From contig NMRA01000050.1 of assembly GCA_002633005.1 (NCBI GenBank), forward strand, positions 278,207-342,206: 64,000 bases of DNA, given 5' to 3'. Below are positions 1 to 12,300 of the stretch, in pieces. A program made the position numbers and the translations under genes. Each line of letters starts with the position of its first letter. The first letter of the stretch is position 1. The notes beneath the pieces were generated by a model, which searched no databases, had not been told where the DNA came from, and worked only from the letters and a program-made list of their open reading frames with translations. Origin of the DNA: Phoronis australis (Eukaryota > Animalia > Phoronida).

Positions 1-251
1 TAGTAGTGGTAGATAGTAGGTAGCAGGTAGTAGCAGGTAGTAGGTAGTAGCAGGTAGTAGGTATTAGGTAGTTGGTAGTAGGTAGTTGGTAGTAGCAGGT
101 AGTAGGTATTAGGTAGTTGGTAGTAGGTAGTTGGTAATAGGTAGTTGGTAGTAGGTAGTTGGTAGTAGGTAGTTGGTAGTAGGTAGTTGGTAGTAGTACC
201 AGTGGTACCAGTAGTAGTAGGAGTTGTTGTTGTTGTACTATTAGCACTAGC

Positions 252-287
<36 letters not shown>

Positions 288-311
288 CAGTAGTAGTAGT
301 AGTAGTAGTAG

Positions 312-363
<52 letters not shown>

Positions 364-600
364 AGTTGTTGTAAGAGTAACATTGGAAAGGCAGCTGCAG
401 TATAGCAGTAGCAGTAGTAGTAGTAGTTGTTGTTGTAGTAGAAGTAGTTGTAGTAGAAGCAGTTGTAGTAGTAGTAGTAAACTTGTAAACTACTAGTACT
501 GATAGCATTGGTATTGGTAGTAGTAACATTTGTAGTAGTTGACAAATATTTGTTGTTGTAGTAATTGTAGTAAGTGCAGCAGTAGTAGTAATAGTAGTAG
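1..600. repeat. Compound microsatellite (GTA)n/(GTT)n/(TAGGTAGTTGGTAG)n in a CYP intron
   Basis: Pure GTA and GTT runs at about 250-365 and a degenerate 14-mer at 60-190. It accounts for the low-complexity ORFs 187..405 and 287..529. Confidence 0.97.
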
Positions 601-1116
601 TGACAGTTGATTAATCGTAAACACCACCATCACACTCAATCAAAACAAAGCTCCCGTCACATGCAAAAAGACCTTTGAAATTAGCTTCAAAATGTTTCGT
701 AATCAATTTAGATGTTATTTTGAGGTAGTTATTGCTCGATACCAAGCTCTACAATTTGCTTTGTTACGGTGTGTCATTTTATACGCCGAGAGCAAGAACC
801 CAATGAATAACGTGCTGTCACTTCTGTCCAAGCCCTGAAATCACTTCTCACCTGAGTAAGGACCAAGTTGAGGCCAATTTCACAGTACTAAGTGGTCTTA
901 ATAATCACCATGTTGCTTCGTTAACTGAACGAGGGTTTATAACCGCTTTTAATTTATGCTTGCGGTTTTCAATTCAGCCTGACTAAGAAGTGATGAGCAG
1001 AAAGTGACAATTGTTCACATGATACACCATATTGGTATTCAAACAGCCATGGATTATTTGAAAAAGTGACTATTGTAAGTTTGGATGTACTGACTGTGTC
1101 TTTTTACACATTGCAG

Positions 1117-4100
1117 GCGTTCAACAGTGGGACGATTTTAGACAAACATTTGCTGAGCCTCCAGGACGAAAGGTGGAAACATGTGCGGAGTATCATGAGT
1201 CCAACTTTCACCTCGGGAAAGCTGCGACTTGTAAGTTCGCTGATTTTGATAATGGAAATAGAAACGCTCCGAGTCGTCCCACCTGCGATCATTTATATCC
1301 CGTGACCCGATTTTTTGGAATTGGTCTGAAATAATAACGGACTGTCAGCTCTTCCCTAGATTATAAACTAATAACTTCTAAACTGAAAGGGGAACAAGTT
1401 AAGACCAACTTTGAAACGGTAAGTTGCCTAAATCAGAACTTGCTTTTAATGGAAAGAACGAGTTGAATTTCTGTTTAAATGAGACATGTTGAAGGGGCAA
1501 TATAATCGCGCCTTCTGCCAAAAAATAAAATTTTTTGGATAAAATATGTCTATTGGTGTTCCCTTTATAGATTAAAATTGACTGCTGACCTTGAGAAAAG
1601 TTGGCATGCCCTTCAAATCACGCTCGTAACTTGCTTGTCACGGCAGCTTAGTTTCGGTCGCCTAAGCTGTATGGCTGTCAGGAGAATTTCAGGCGATTTT
1701 TAACAGCCTGTTCCAATCTACACTAAGGATAAAAAGGCCATGTTGTTGCTTTGGTAGCGAAAATACGCCTGCCAACTTTATATTTTTTAAAACCAGAACA
1801 CTGACCTCTTCACGGTTAGAGATTTATGGAATATCTGTAACGGATTCATGGGATTCTGCTCTGTCAAGCAGAATGATACATAACAATGAATCTAATGCAC
1901 CTACTGTACATTTCAAGCCAATAGAAAGCGAGTAATATAGTCCATAATTATCTCATCCGAAAAAGGTCCATGGTGAATAAAGCTATTGATATTTTCAGGT
2001 ATCTCGACTTGTGAATGAAGCAAGTGAAACGTTCTTGCAGAATTTGTCTCAGTACGCTAAAAACGATCAAGAATTTGAAGCGAAAGAGTGAGTTTTTCCA
2101 ATTTTTTATTATTTTCCTGTTGTCTGCACTTAAACCAGAACAGACCAGATATTTATTATTTCAATCTGCTGTAGTCGAGTTATCTTACATTTACTAAACA
2201 AACTATCATCTGAGGACAAAGGTAGTCTACATTATTAAAGCTGCATTTCGTTCTCATTTTCCACTTGCCGTATCTCCAATTAGGACCCATCCGTGTTCTT
2301 GTTTAGAACAATATCTCCATTTAGGACCCATCCGTGTTCTTGTTTAGAACAATATCTCCATTTAGGACCCATCCGTGTTCTTGTTTAGAACAATATCTCC
2401 ATTTAGGACCCATCCGTGTTCTTGTTTAGAACAATATCTCCGAGCTTGTCACATTCTCTTGCAGAGTATTTTCAAACTTCACTATTGACGTGATAACGGC
2501 GACGACGTGTGGAATTAAGGTTGACTCCCAGACGGATCCCGACAACCCAGTAGTGGCGAAGTTTAAGACTCTTGTCAACTTTTCTTTCCGCGATCCTCTG
2601 TTTTTGCTGATTAGTAAGTATGTCGTACCTCACCAATAGACTATGAATTTATCAACTTACAAGAGCCTGTTTCTCGTGGAGTCTATTGGGGGATTCTTTC
2701 TTTTGACTTTACATAGAGTCAGAAATTTGACTACGAATTGCCAAAAGAATTTTCGTCTTCCGTTTCTCTATACGCTTTGTCCTCTGTATTTTCAAGCAGA
2801 CTTTGGATTCTTGTCTTTTGACATAAACTTTCAGCTTTGGCCTGATATTCATGAAATAGGCCAAGCCACCCACAAACAGATGTTTAGCCGAAAGTCCAAG
2901 ACAAAAGCCAATAGGCTCATCCAGGAACGGTGCCAGCGTACGTACCCTAGTGAAGAAAACATCCTACCAATTTTGGATAAAAATTAATGACCAGAATAGC
3001 CTGTTTAACTTCTGAAAAGCTTCTAAAACGGTTGTGATTGCCCGCAATTTCACAATGAAAACATTGACTGATGGTAGCTCCGAAATAGTAAAACATTTAG
3101 TTGATGAAACTTAGCCTTTTAAAGAAAAAGTAAAAATAAAATAAAATTTCACTTGTCAGCCACGTTGTGTCCTCAATTAGTGTGATTTCACAGCACTGTA
3201 AAACGATTAAATCACTGTTGTGAAATCGTTGCCAGAGATTTCAAGTACACCGAGGCACAATGAGACTCACTGGTTACATCCCGATTGAACAACTGATCAG
3301 GCTTGCATGCGTGTATCTGTACATGAAACTTGCAAACTGCATCTATGTTTTATTATCTGCGCTGTTGGTGTATTTATTTATCATTGTTATTGTTATCTTT
3401 ATTGTTATCACCGCCGCCACCAGCATCATTATAAAATCATTATTGTTGTTTTGGTTATCAGTATTATCATGATTATTATTATTGTCACTTGTAGGCATAT
3501 CGGTGCGTACCAACGCGCATTTTTATTATGCCGCGGTTTCTTCAATGATTAATGTTTTGTTTCGGGGACACAACGAACTGTGTTTTTTCTTTTTGAGCAA
3601 TACAGATTGATTGCATATCTGTACGGGCGATGAATAAGAGATAATACTACCTTTACTATAACATATTGTTTTCTTTTAGTACTTTTCCCGAAAAAGGCCA
3701 ACCTATTTGTACAACTAGCGAAACGAATTGGATGGAGGAATGCCTTTACTGACGTTGATCATATACAGCCAGTTATAGAAAAATTAATTCAAGAAAGGAA
3801 ACTGAACCAAGAGAGTGGGGTAAGCAATATGGTGTCCCTGAACAAGCGACATCTGCGGGCAGTAAGCGCAGCCTCAGGCAACATACTTAGGTTCGGATGT
3901 GCATCTCTGTTCTAAACATTTTCTGATTGCACCGCAGACGTTTTTTGACAGTGCACCTTAAGGTCGTGGATTTTATTTCCCGACAATGGTACTCGGAACC
4001 TTGTAAGCTCCCACGGTAAACTAGGTCGCAAAATCGTCGCACAGAGACCGGTAGAAAGGTGTGTCCATTTTTTACTTTGTTTTTCTTTCTTAAAATAAAG

Positions 4101-7100
4101 AGAATGGCAAGCATTTATCCGTAACTGGCTGATAGGGGCCCAAGGTACGATATCCATGCGACCTGTACGTGTTGTTATATCCAACAAAGACGCAACAAAG
4201 GAAAACAATGGTAGTGCCCCATAGGCGATAACCATGCGCCGCGCTTACACCCGTCGCATGGATCTCACAAATTAGACAATAGCTTGCGACATACCTACGA
4301 TGTTATTTGGCATGCCAAGAAGCTGCATGTTAGTTCTACACTGCAGATTTGATAATCGCACAGTAATCAAGATTATCCCAAAAGTTAATTATCTGATCTA
4401 ACGACTAGGTTGGGGTTGATTGCTGTGAGTTCTAATAGAACAGTGTAAAAATGGCACAAAAAGAATGAGAATTGACACTGGTTGATACATGTATGTAAGA
4501 ACTCGGAAGTTGTCATTAAGCGTTGTTGTGTCGTCGTAAGCGATCAATTTTGTTTTGTTTATCACTTGTTGAATTATATCCAGTAGCCACGGCAAGTTCT
4601 ACTGAATATGATGATCTTCGCTTCTGCATGACTTAGTTCAGGCGGTGGTACTCAAACGAGAGGAATAGCGAATATAAAGTCAATGTCGGTCTGGTGTAAT
4701 ACTGTTCCAATAATAATGATATGTCGTCAATACGAACACAAAACTGCTCATGTAACCACAATATTCTGAACCATATACATCCATGCAAAGGGTGCAAGAT
4801 CCCATTACTCAAAACCACAGTCCCAGACCGGCATTTGTCAACCCATGGTAAACACCCCCGTACCCGCGTCCCAACACGCTGTAGGTAGACACTGAAAGTG
4901 CTTCAAACGCGGCCTACCAAATTTCAGTCCCAGGGTCGAAATTTTCTCGCCCCGACAGCACCCCTAGACTGGAGATTGGAGACAGTGCAAGGAACGTCTT
5001 CGCCACGTGTGCTTAGTTTAGTAGAGTGGGTCTGAAGTTTGTGCGGCGGATTTGGTGATACTGGTCCAGTACTGTTGTAAGATCATACTCAGCCATGGAA
5101 TCGTCTCCACTTCCTGTATAGATCACTGTTTGAGAAATTACACAACTTTTTTTCTGGTTATGTGTATCCGACGCGATTCAATTTATTCGATATTTTTTGT
5201 AGGCCTAAAGTGTAGTTTACGTTATGATGCATTTACAACTGTGAAAATTTGAATTTCGGAGTCTAGTTGACTACCATTAATTCACTGCCACATTGCTTAA
5301 TGTCGAACGTACTGAGTTTCAGTTTTGTCTGCGATAGTATTAGATTATTAACTCAAAAATCGATTTATGTTGCAGAAGTACAGAGACTACTTACAAATTT
5401 TAATGACCGCCAACAGGGAGTTTGAAGATGCACAACAGGACCAGTCACAGACAAAAAATGCCGAGGAAAAGAACGGTTTGTGGCTTTTGCGCAAAGAGCA
5501 AAACTTCTTTATCAAGCCAAATCACGTGTTTTTGTGCTTGGATTAAGGTTCTTCTAGAGAACCCTGACCCCTAGGTTACAAAAAGTCACAATGAGCCATA
5601 GTAATTTGAGTTGCTGATGGTCGTCACAATTACTCTTTTCTCTCACCCTGCCAACACAATAATTCACTGAGCTACTCCCCCACCGGTTGCCACGATGTCT
5701 TACATATCCAGTCGAAGCAACTTTGCAATGACTCCTTTGGCTACCACGTGAGCCCTTAAATTTAAGCGTAGCTCCTGGGTAAGCAGTGCTCAATGCATAA
5801 TCCAGAAGTTCAGGTGTGCAGATGAGATCAAGCGTTGACTGTGAGCCACTGGTACATGGTCATGGTTTACACTGTTCAATACGAGAGGTAATGATGCAGA
5901 TCACATGATTTCATAGAATGGCCAGAGATGTCTGTGGTTTAGATCAAGCAAAATCGGACTCATGCACTGCGTGTTAACACTTCTGCCACCTGTTGACTGA
6001 AATCAGACAAACTGCAATTTGTGTGACACCTTTTCTGATTTTGAATCACTTTAAGCACCCAATATGTCCGTATATAGGTCACATCTACAGCGCTCATACC
6101 TAAAACATGCCGTCTTCTTGAGACGTAGACGTGCTTTCTTGACGACTACTACGTTAAGCCCTGATAGCATGATACAGTATGTCTCAGTCATCGCCTTTCT
6201 CTCCACCAGGAATGTCTAAAGACGAAATGATAGCCAACATTCTATTGTTTTTCTTGGCTGGGTTCGACACGACTTCTCAAGTTCTTCAATTCTTGTCTTA
6301 TCTGCTGGCTATCCACCCCGAGTGGCAGGATAAAGTGATTGAAGAAGTGGATGAGGTTCTTCAACGGGTAAAATACTTTCTGAAATTATTTGTATGGGAA
6401 GAATTAAAGCAGTAATTTGGACGGAAAACGTGCTTATATCTTAGTTAAATGAATATCTACCACTGTGCTGATGAATTACATTGAGTGAGATGGGTCAAAA
6501 GTATGTTCATCATTCTGGCAGAAAACAACATGGAAATCCTTTACTTCGCTATTTTAGGGGACTCCAGACCATGACAACGTTCAAAAACTCCACATTATGG
6601 AACAGTGCTGCTGCGAGGCCATACGGCTTTATCCTCCCGCCTTTCTGTAAGTTTTATAGAGTATTAACATCGGAAAGTCTGGGGGAAATTCTTGATGCGG
6701 TTGCTCAGATTCGGTAGTTTGGATACTCGTGGCATTTTTGGGAAAGTTATGGCAACATGATGGGCTATTGAAGTAAAATTTCCCTGATTTAAAGACAATT
6801 AAAACCGATTACTTAATGTGTTATTTTGCTTAGTCGTTCAGGCATTACGTAACCGTCCGCGTTTCCCGTTTTTTGTCAAACTAGTAACGTTATAGAAATT
6901 GAACTAGTGATTTGTGTACGAACGAAGTATCTAAGTCATGCAGAACGCGTGGTCAAGACATTTCACATCCGGGCATCAGTGAAACTACGTTCATGTTGAA
7001 TAAATATGAAGTACAGTGGCAGAGTGGGTTACGAATCTTGTAACATAAATAAATCGGTTGGTCCATGCTCCCAAACATCTGGACTATTTGGATCAGGATT

Positions 7101-8224
7101 TGTCGACAACGAGATCAATTTTGTAAATATAAGTAAAATATTCCAGGATAGACAGGGTGGCATCTGATGACGTCACTATTAATGGGACTTTCTTCGCTAA
7201 GGACACCCAAGTATTTATTCCGTGTTGGCAGATCCACCACGATCCGGAGAACTATCCAGATCCTGACCTATTCAATCCGGAAAGGTAAGGAGATACATGT
7301 AAGCGCGTCTTTCAAGAATACGGCCTGCCAGATTTGTAAACGCAAAACTTTTGCGGCAGGATTAGATTTTTTCCTCCCTTTAATACACTTTTCATTAAAT
7401 GGATTTTGTATAAATTTGGGATTTGCTAAAAACTTTTTTTGTGACGGTTGGAAGTACATGTAAGTGTAATTTTGCAATTTAGCTGCTTTTTTCGTGCTTT
7501 CAGGTTCACCCCAGAAGCGAAGCAAGCTCGTAATCCGTACACGTACTTGCCATTTGGTATGGGACCACGGAGCTGTATTGGAATGAGACTGGCCCAGATG
7601 GAACTGAAGATGTTGCTTGCGTCGGTCCTTCAGAAATTCAGGTTCATTCCGTGTGAGAGAACACAGGTTAGTATGATGCGAAGAGGTTTCAACACTGGTG
7701 ATAAATGTCATGGGATGATTGCGTTTGCTGTGAATACTGGCGGACATAACTCGCCCTGGGCTAGAAACACGAGCTCCATTCAATTCCGTCGCTTGTTTGG
7801 GGCGATTAAAGAAATTAAGCGTCATCTGTCCACCTCAAATGACCGTATAATGCACAATGTCTTATTTTTAGGACCACAAAATGATAAAAGCCAATGAAAA
7901 ACATATTTAAGGAATTCATTCTAAACATCGCCTTTTGCTCCACTTTCTTTCTGGTGATGGGCCATTTATGTCCGTTAGAGAACACTTCGCGTACAAGAAT
8001 TAAAAAGCTATTACAACTAAACATATTTTCCGGATATAAGTCCAGCTTCAAAAGTTCCAGTGTTATATGTCATGCTCAAAGCTCGTTGGATACCAACTAT
8101 ATCCACTAGTGTTACGTTAAGTTACAAAAGGCTTGCATTATTTCAGGTTCCGTTGGAGCTGGACAGACAAAGGCCCTTAAGAACCGTCAAAGGAGTTTGG
8201 TTGAAGGTCGTCGCCAGGGAATAA
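1117..8224 (+). CDS. CYP3A: Cytochrome P450, clan 3 / CYP3A-like; 5' exons lie outside the window. Coding exons: 1117-1230, 1999-2087, 2465-2613, 3680-3819, 5376-5475, 6210-6367, 6558-6646, 7147-7284, 7504-7666, 8147-8224
   Basis: All junctions are GT-AG and phase-consistent. Motifs: C-helix WKHVR..MSPTFTSGKLR, I-helix FFLAGFDTT, K-helix EAIR (ExxR), FNPERF, haem motif PFGMGPRSCIG. Stop TAA at 8222-8224. The symbol indicates family resemblance only, not proven orthology. Confidence 0.95.
2271..2441. repeat. 41-bp minisatellite, about 4.2 copies
   Basis: Unit TATCTCCATTTAGGACCCATCCGTGTTCTTGTTTAGAACAA starts at 2271, 2312, 2353 and 2394, just upstream of a CYP acceptor. Confidence 0.97.
3370..3490. 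repeat. Degenerate (TAT/CAT)n microsatellite
   Basis: TTATCATTGTTATTGTTATC-type triplet repeats. Confidence 0.75.
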
Positions 8225-8312
8225 CTTTCAACACTTTTATATTTTATTTCTAAGTTTCAAAATATTTAACATGTAATTTGTCTAAATTTACGGCGTTCTT
8301 GTTTACAATAAG

Positions 8313-8318
8313 AATAAA
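8313..8318 (+). terminator. Putative polyadenylation signal of the CYP gene
   Basis: AATAAA about 90 nt after the stop codon in an AT-rich 3' UTR. Confidence 0.6.
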
Positions 8319-9207
8319 AAATTACTTTAAATGAGTGCATTCCAGCATAGGAGTTCATACTTTACACTTTAGTTTGGCTTGGCGGAATGACAACTAGAAG
8401 AAATCGCGCAACGAATTTCTTCTGCCATAACTTTGTGGCATGTCATAAGTAGGGTGAGGGAAGAAACAACAGCGACTGGTGGTCGCTACAAAGAGTCGTC
8501 TTGTGAGAAGTTAGTGCAGTAAATTGCCTCTAGTTGCCATAGTCAACGGTGAGGTACATCCCTCGAATGCAAATGAGGCCAGCTTGCAACTCACGTCTGC
8601 GGCAAAATGAAACGCGGGGAATTTGTCTCACTAGGCAGTCAGGGGAATTTCACACTTGTGGATTTTTTTACCATACGAGTGTAAATCCTCACAGTATGCG
8701 GCTGAGGTGAGCTAAGGGTTGAGTACTTTCAGTAGTCAATGAAAATTAATCATTACAGCACTTCACAACAGAAAATCTCCATCGCTGGCTCATATTATCC
8801 CTGTCTAATACATTTTACGCTGTCGGTGACCATTTTTCTCTTTGTGTGCTCATAACAGTGACGTGAAATTCACTACTCAGCCTGTGGCTATCCGTCTGGA
8901 GAGGCCCAAACCACCGCCAACTTAATGACAGTATCAAAATAAAGTGTCTTGAGTTGTTTTGTAAGCTCTCTTAAACAATCGTCGATCCCAAATTCATTAA
9001 CTGAGACAAATCAGGTCGCCATCCTCCATTGTAAATAAGCTTGTTTTAGCCTAGGCATCCACTTACCATACAACAGACGCCCACAAGATGACATTCTGCA
9101 ATGTAGTTGACTGGAACACTGGGCCATCATAGTAATTTTCCGCTCTCTCTGACGCAGATTCACTATTTAAAATTTTAAAATCAAACAGTCCTCTTTTATG
9201 TAGCCTT

Positions 9208-9213
9208 TTTATT
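9208..9213 (-). terminator. Putative polyadenylation signal of the GT91-like gene
   Basis: AATAAA on the minus strand about 150 nt after the stop at 9361. Confidence 0.45.
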
Positions 9214-9360
9214 TGACGTTGCACCAGCTATTAATCTTTTTTCAGAGATCGTCGATAAACCTTTTGCCAGGCTCGTCTCGTGCAGATGAAAAAAGTGAGA
9301 GGAAGGTTAAAATAAATCACTACATCAGTTAAGATTAAATTGCGTCTTATTTGTAGAATT

Positions 9361-12300
9361 TCAAGCGGGATTACTTTTATGTAATTTGTATCCAGTGTCT
9401 TGCTCCGCGGACTCGTGTGCGTAATTTTGCACTGAGTGAAGAGGCGGTCCGCCATTTTGTCGTTGAGCTTTGTCCAAGTTGATGACGTCGGTCATTAAAT
9501 CTTTTAGCCCTCGTATCCGCACGATTACGCTACTGTAATCATTAATATGAACTCCCAAATATAAAGTATCGGAGTCTTCCAGAATGATACCCACGGGAAA
9601 GATGAAAGGATCGTCTATATATTGCACCCTTACGATTGGCACTGACGTCATCACCTCTGGATGAATTCGTATTTGTCTGCTAACGAACACTACGCGATAA
9701 GGTTTCACTCTCAGCACCAACAGATTGGCGGTGTAAACTCTGTGCGTATTACTCTGCTTGAACAATGTCACGTGTACAACTCCGATGTAATACGGATATT
9801 TATACAGCTCGAAGGGCGTTCCTCCACGAAGATGATCGCTAAAGTCGCTGAACATGTAGGAGCGAGGCCCTTCGAAGTGCACGAACTTGCACGAGCCAAC
9901 GAGATTGCACTTCAGTACTCGTAGCGGATCCACATTGTAAACCATATAGAGTTCGCCGTTGTCATCGAACGCGCACCAGTGCTTGTCGCGTGCCATGTCT
10001 TGGTCGTTTGCGACAGGTTTGTCCATCATAGGACTGCCACCTTGAATGTCTGGGATGATGAGACGGTGTCGCTGATAATCCCAGAAGACGGTGTAATCGA
10101 CTAGGCGTCCGTTTGAAAACGCCATTCCAGAGTTAAAGCTCACCAGGACTGTATCGTTGACTTTGAGTATACGAGGTTCTATCGGTCCGTCACCTGAAGA
10201 GAATGACGTAATAACTAGTTACTTTATAACGCCATCAATGAGATTTGTTCAGCATGAAAACACGCACATTGCAAGATCAGACATTAACGAAAAGGTACTC
10301 CGGCTGTCTTTCAGCAGGTATGCGAGTGAGCCGCATTAGTTTCCCTTGAGATGTTCTGCAAATGTATGTTATTCTAAAAAGCTTTTGTGAAGCGTGAGAA
10401 AGTGATTAGTTTATAATTCTTAGCATCTTAACCAAGTTCTAGTCTAGCATTACTTCAGTGCTGATTTTTCTCAAATTGCGTGAAAGGTTTTTTAAACTCA
10501 TCTCTTGTTACTACACTATTATGTAATTTTGTAAGTGCGCTGACTTGCCTTTCCTAGACTTAATCCGCAATAAATATACACAAAATGTGTTTCATGCGAA
10601 TGTAATTCCAGCAAAAACCAAAACATGATTTTTTTACAAAAGAAATGTGAGTGGTTTGCCTATTAAAGTGGTTAAAACCATTATGTTTCTTGTTTTGACA
10701 AGTGACTCAATTGTCAGTATCATTAAACCTTCCTCTGTAGCACTGAATGAATATCGCAAACCGTGTATTCAGTGCTCCAAAATCAAGAAGATAAAGGACA
10801 AGCAACTTTCATTAAAAGTTTTTTAACTCCACGGACATGATTGCGACAAGGAAGGCATTACCAGGATTGTGTTACATATGAACGTGCCCAGCGCTTGTGT
10901 GTCATGTCCACCAATACGCGAATTTCTTGTCCCATATCGGAGCTTCTCCAATGTCCCGTGAGTCACGAATCCAGTTTCCCCTTCCACAGAACCGTTCAGG
11001 GAAAATGTGTACAATAACAATGATATATGTATGTATATATATAAACATTCCTCTAACATCTGACTGTTGGGTAGGTAGTAACGCAATAATTTGGTATAAC
11101 ACATACATTGTTTGTTGAAGAGATGATAACTACATATAGAATTACTAGTAAATAGTAAATAGGTCTATACACTACGGGGTCCTTTCCCACATTGACTGTA
11201 GAGTCTAAATGAGTCATCTCGAGACTCGTGGCTTCAATGTCCGTGGTTGGCACACCTTCTAATGGTGTGTGGTCGGTACACCACTGACCATAGCATATAA
11301 AATCGAGTTATTGTTTCACAACAGCTTTCTGTCAGCAAACATTGGATTAGCATGCGTTCACACGTCGGCCAATTAGTTTTATTTCATCTGAAGCCGGTAA
11401 CGCAGTATGATTTATTCATTGTCGATTTCTCAATCTGCACTCACGCCACCCCTAAGGCATTACAAATTGTATCTACTGTGACAGACTTTGACTTTTTGTT
11501 TAAGTTTTGTATACTAAACATTGGTCAGCGTGAAAATAATTCATTTTGAAACAGAACCACTTTTCCGGCCACAAACACGAAGATATTTCACTTGGTATAT
11601 TTACGGTGTATTTTGCTGGGAACCACTTCCTAAGCATTTCGGATTCACGAAGAAATCGAAAAAAAAAACGATATACCTGCTTTCCTAGTAGCTTCATGGT
11701 TCTCACAAGCGGGAACGATTCGCCACACCATAGCGGCACACACTCATTGAAGAACCACTGACGTTGCTGCGTCGTGTACTCACCTTCCTCACAGGTTAAC
11801 GCGACACCTTTCGGCGAGTTGAGATCGACTGTACACGAGGTGATGTGGATATAGACCGATTAAGACGGTAAAAAAAACTACTTAAGTCGGGTGTCATTCT
11901 CCTTTAAACTAACGAAGTCGGTGACACCCTATTGTTTTCTTAATCACTATTTGTAAGAATTCGTCGTTATGCTTGAAAACGAGTTGTTGTGTCCGAGCTA
12001 GTCTGCATGTTTGGAACACGCGCTTTCACGTTTTTGTTGTTAAAGTTGATGCAAAACGAGGCATTGTGTCCTAAACAACAGTGCACAACAATCATTTTTG
12101 CAGCGCTACCAATGTGTGAATGTAATGAATTTCATAGAAGATGCGTTGGGCATCAGAATAAAACAAAAAGAAAAAACGCTGGCGTATTTTTTTGCGTAGG
12201 AACCAAAACGCTAAAATTTGACGTAGTTACATCCCGGGAAACGACGTTTACAGTACTTTTGTCGACGTAAGAATATCAGTAAACCGGGAAATACAATTTT

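Noticed and set aside
187-529. Poly-V/S/C and poly-T/N/Y ORFs
   Set aside because: They are translations of GTA/GTT microsatellites.
2271-2441. CRISPR-like regular repeats (also 36241-36572, 38061-38308, 48422-48668, 56075-56525)
   Set aside because: The units are contiguous with no unique spacers, there are no cas genes, and the context is eukaryotic introns, so these are minisatellites.
7268-7825. 185-aa minus-strand ORF
   Set aside because: It is an antisense shadow of the CYP haem exon and flanking introns with no recognisable motif.
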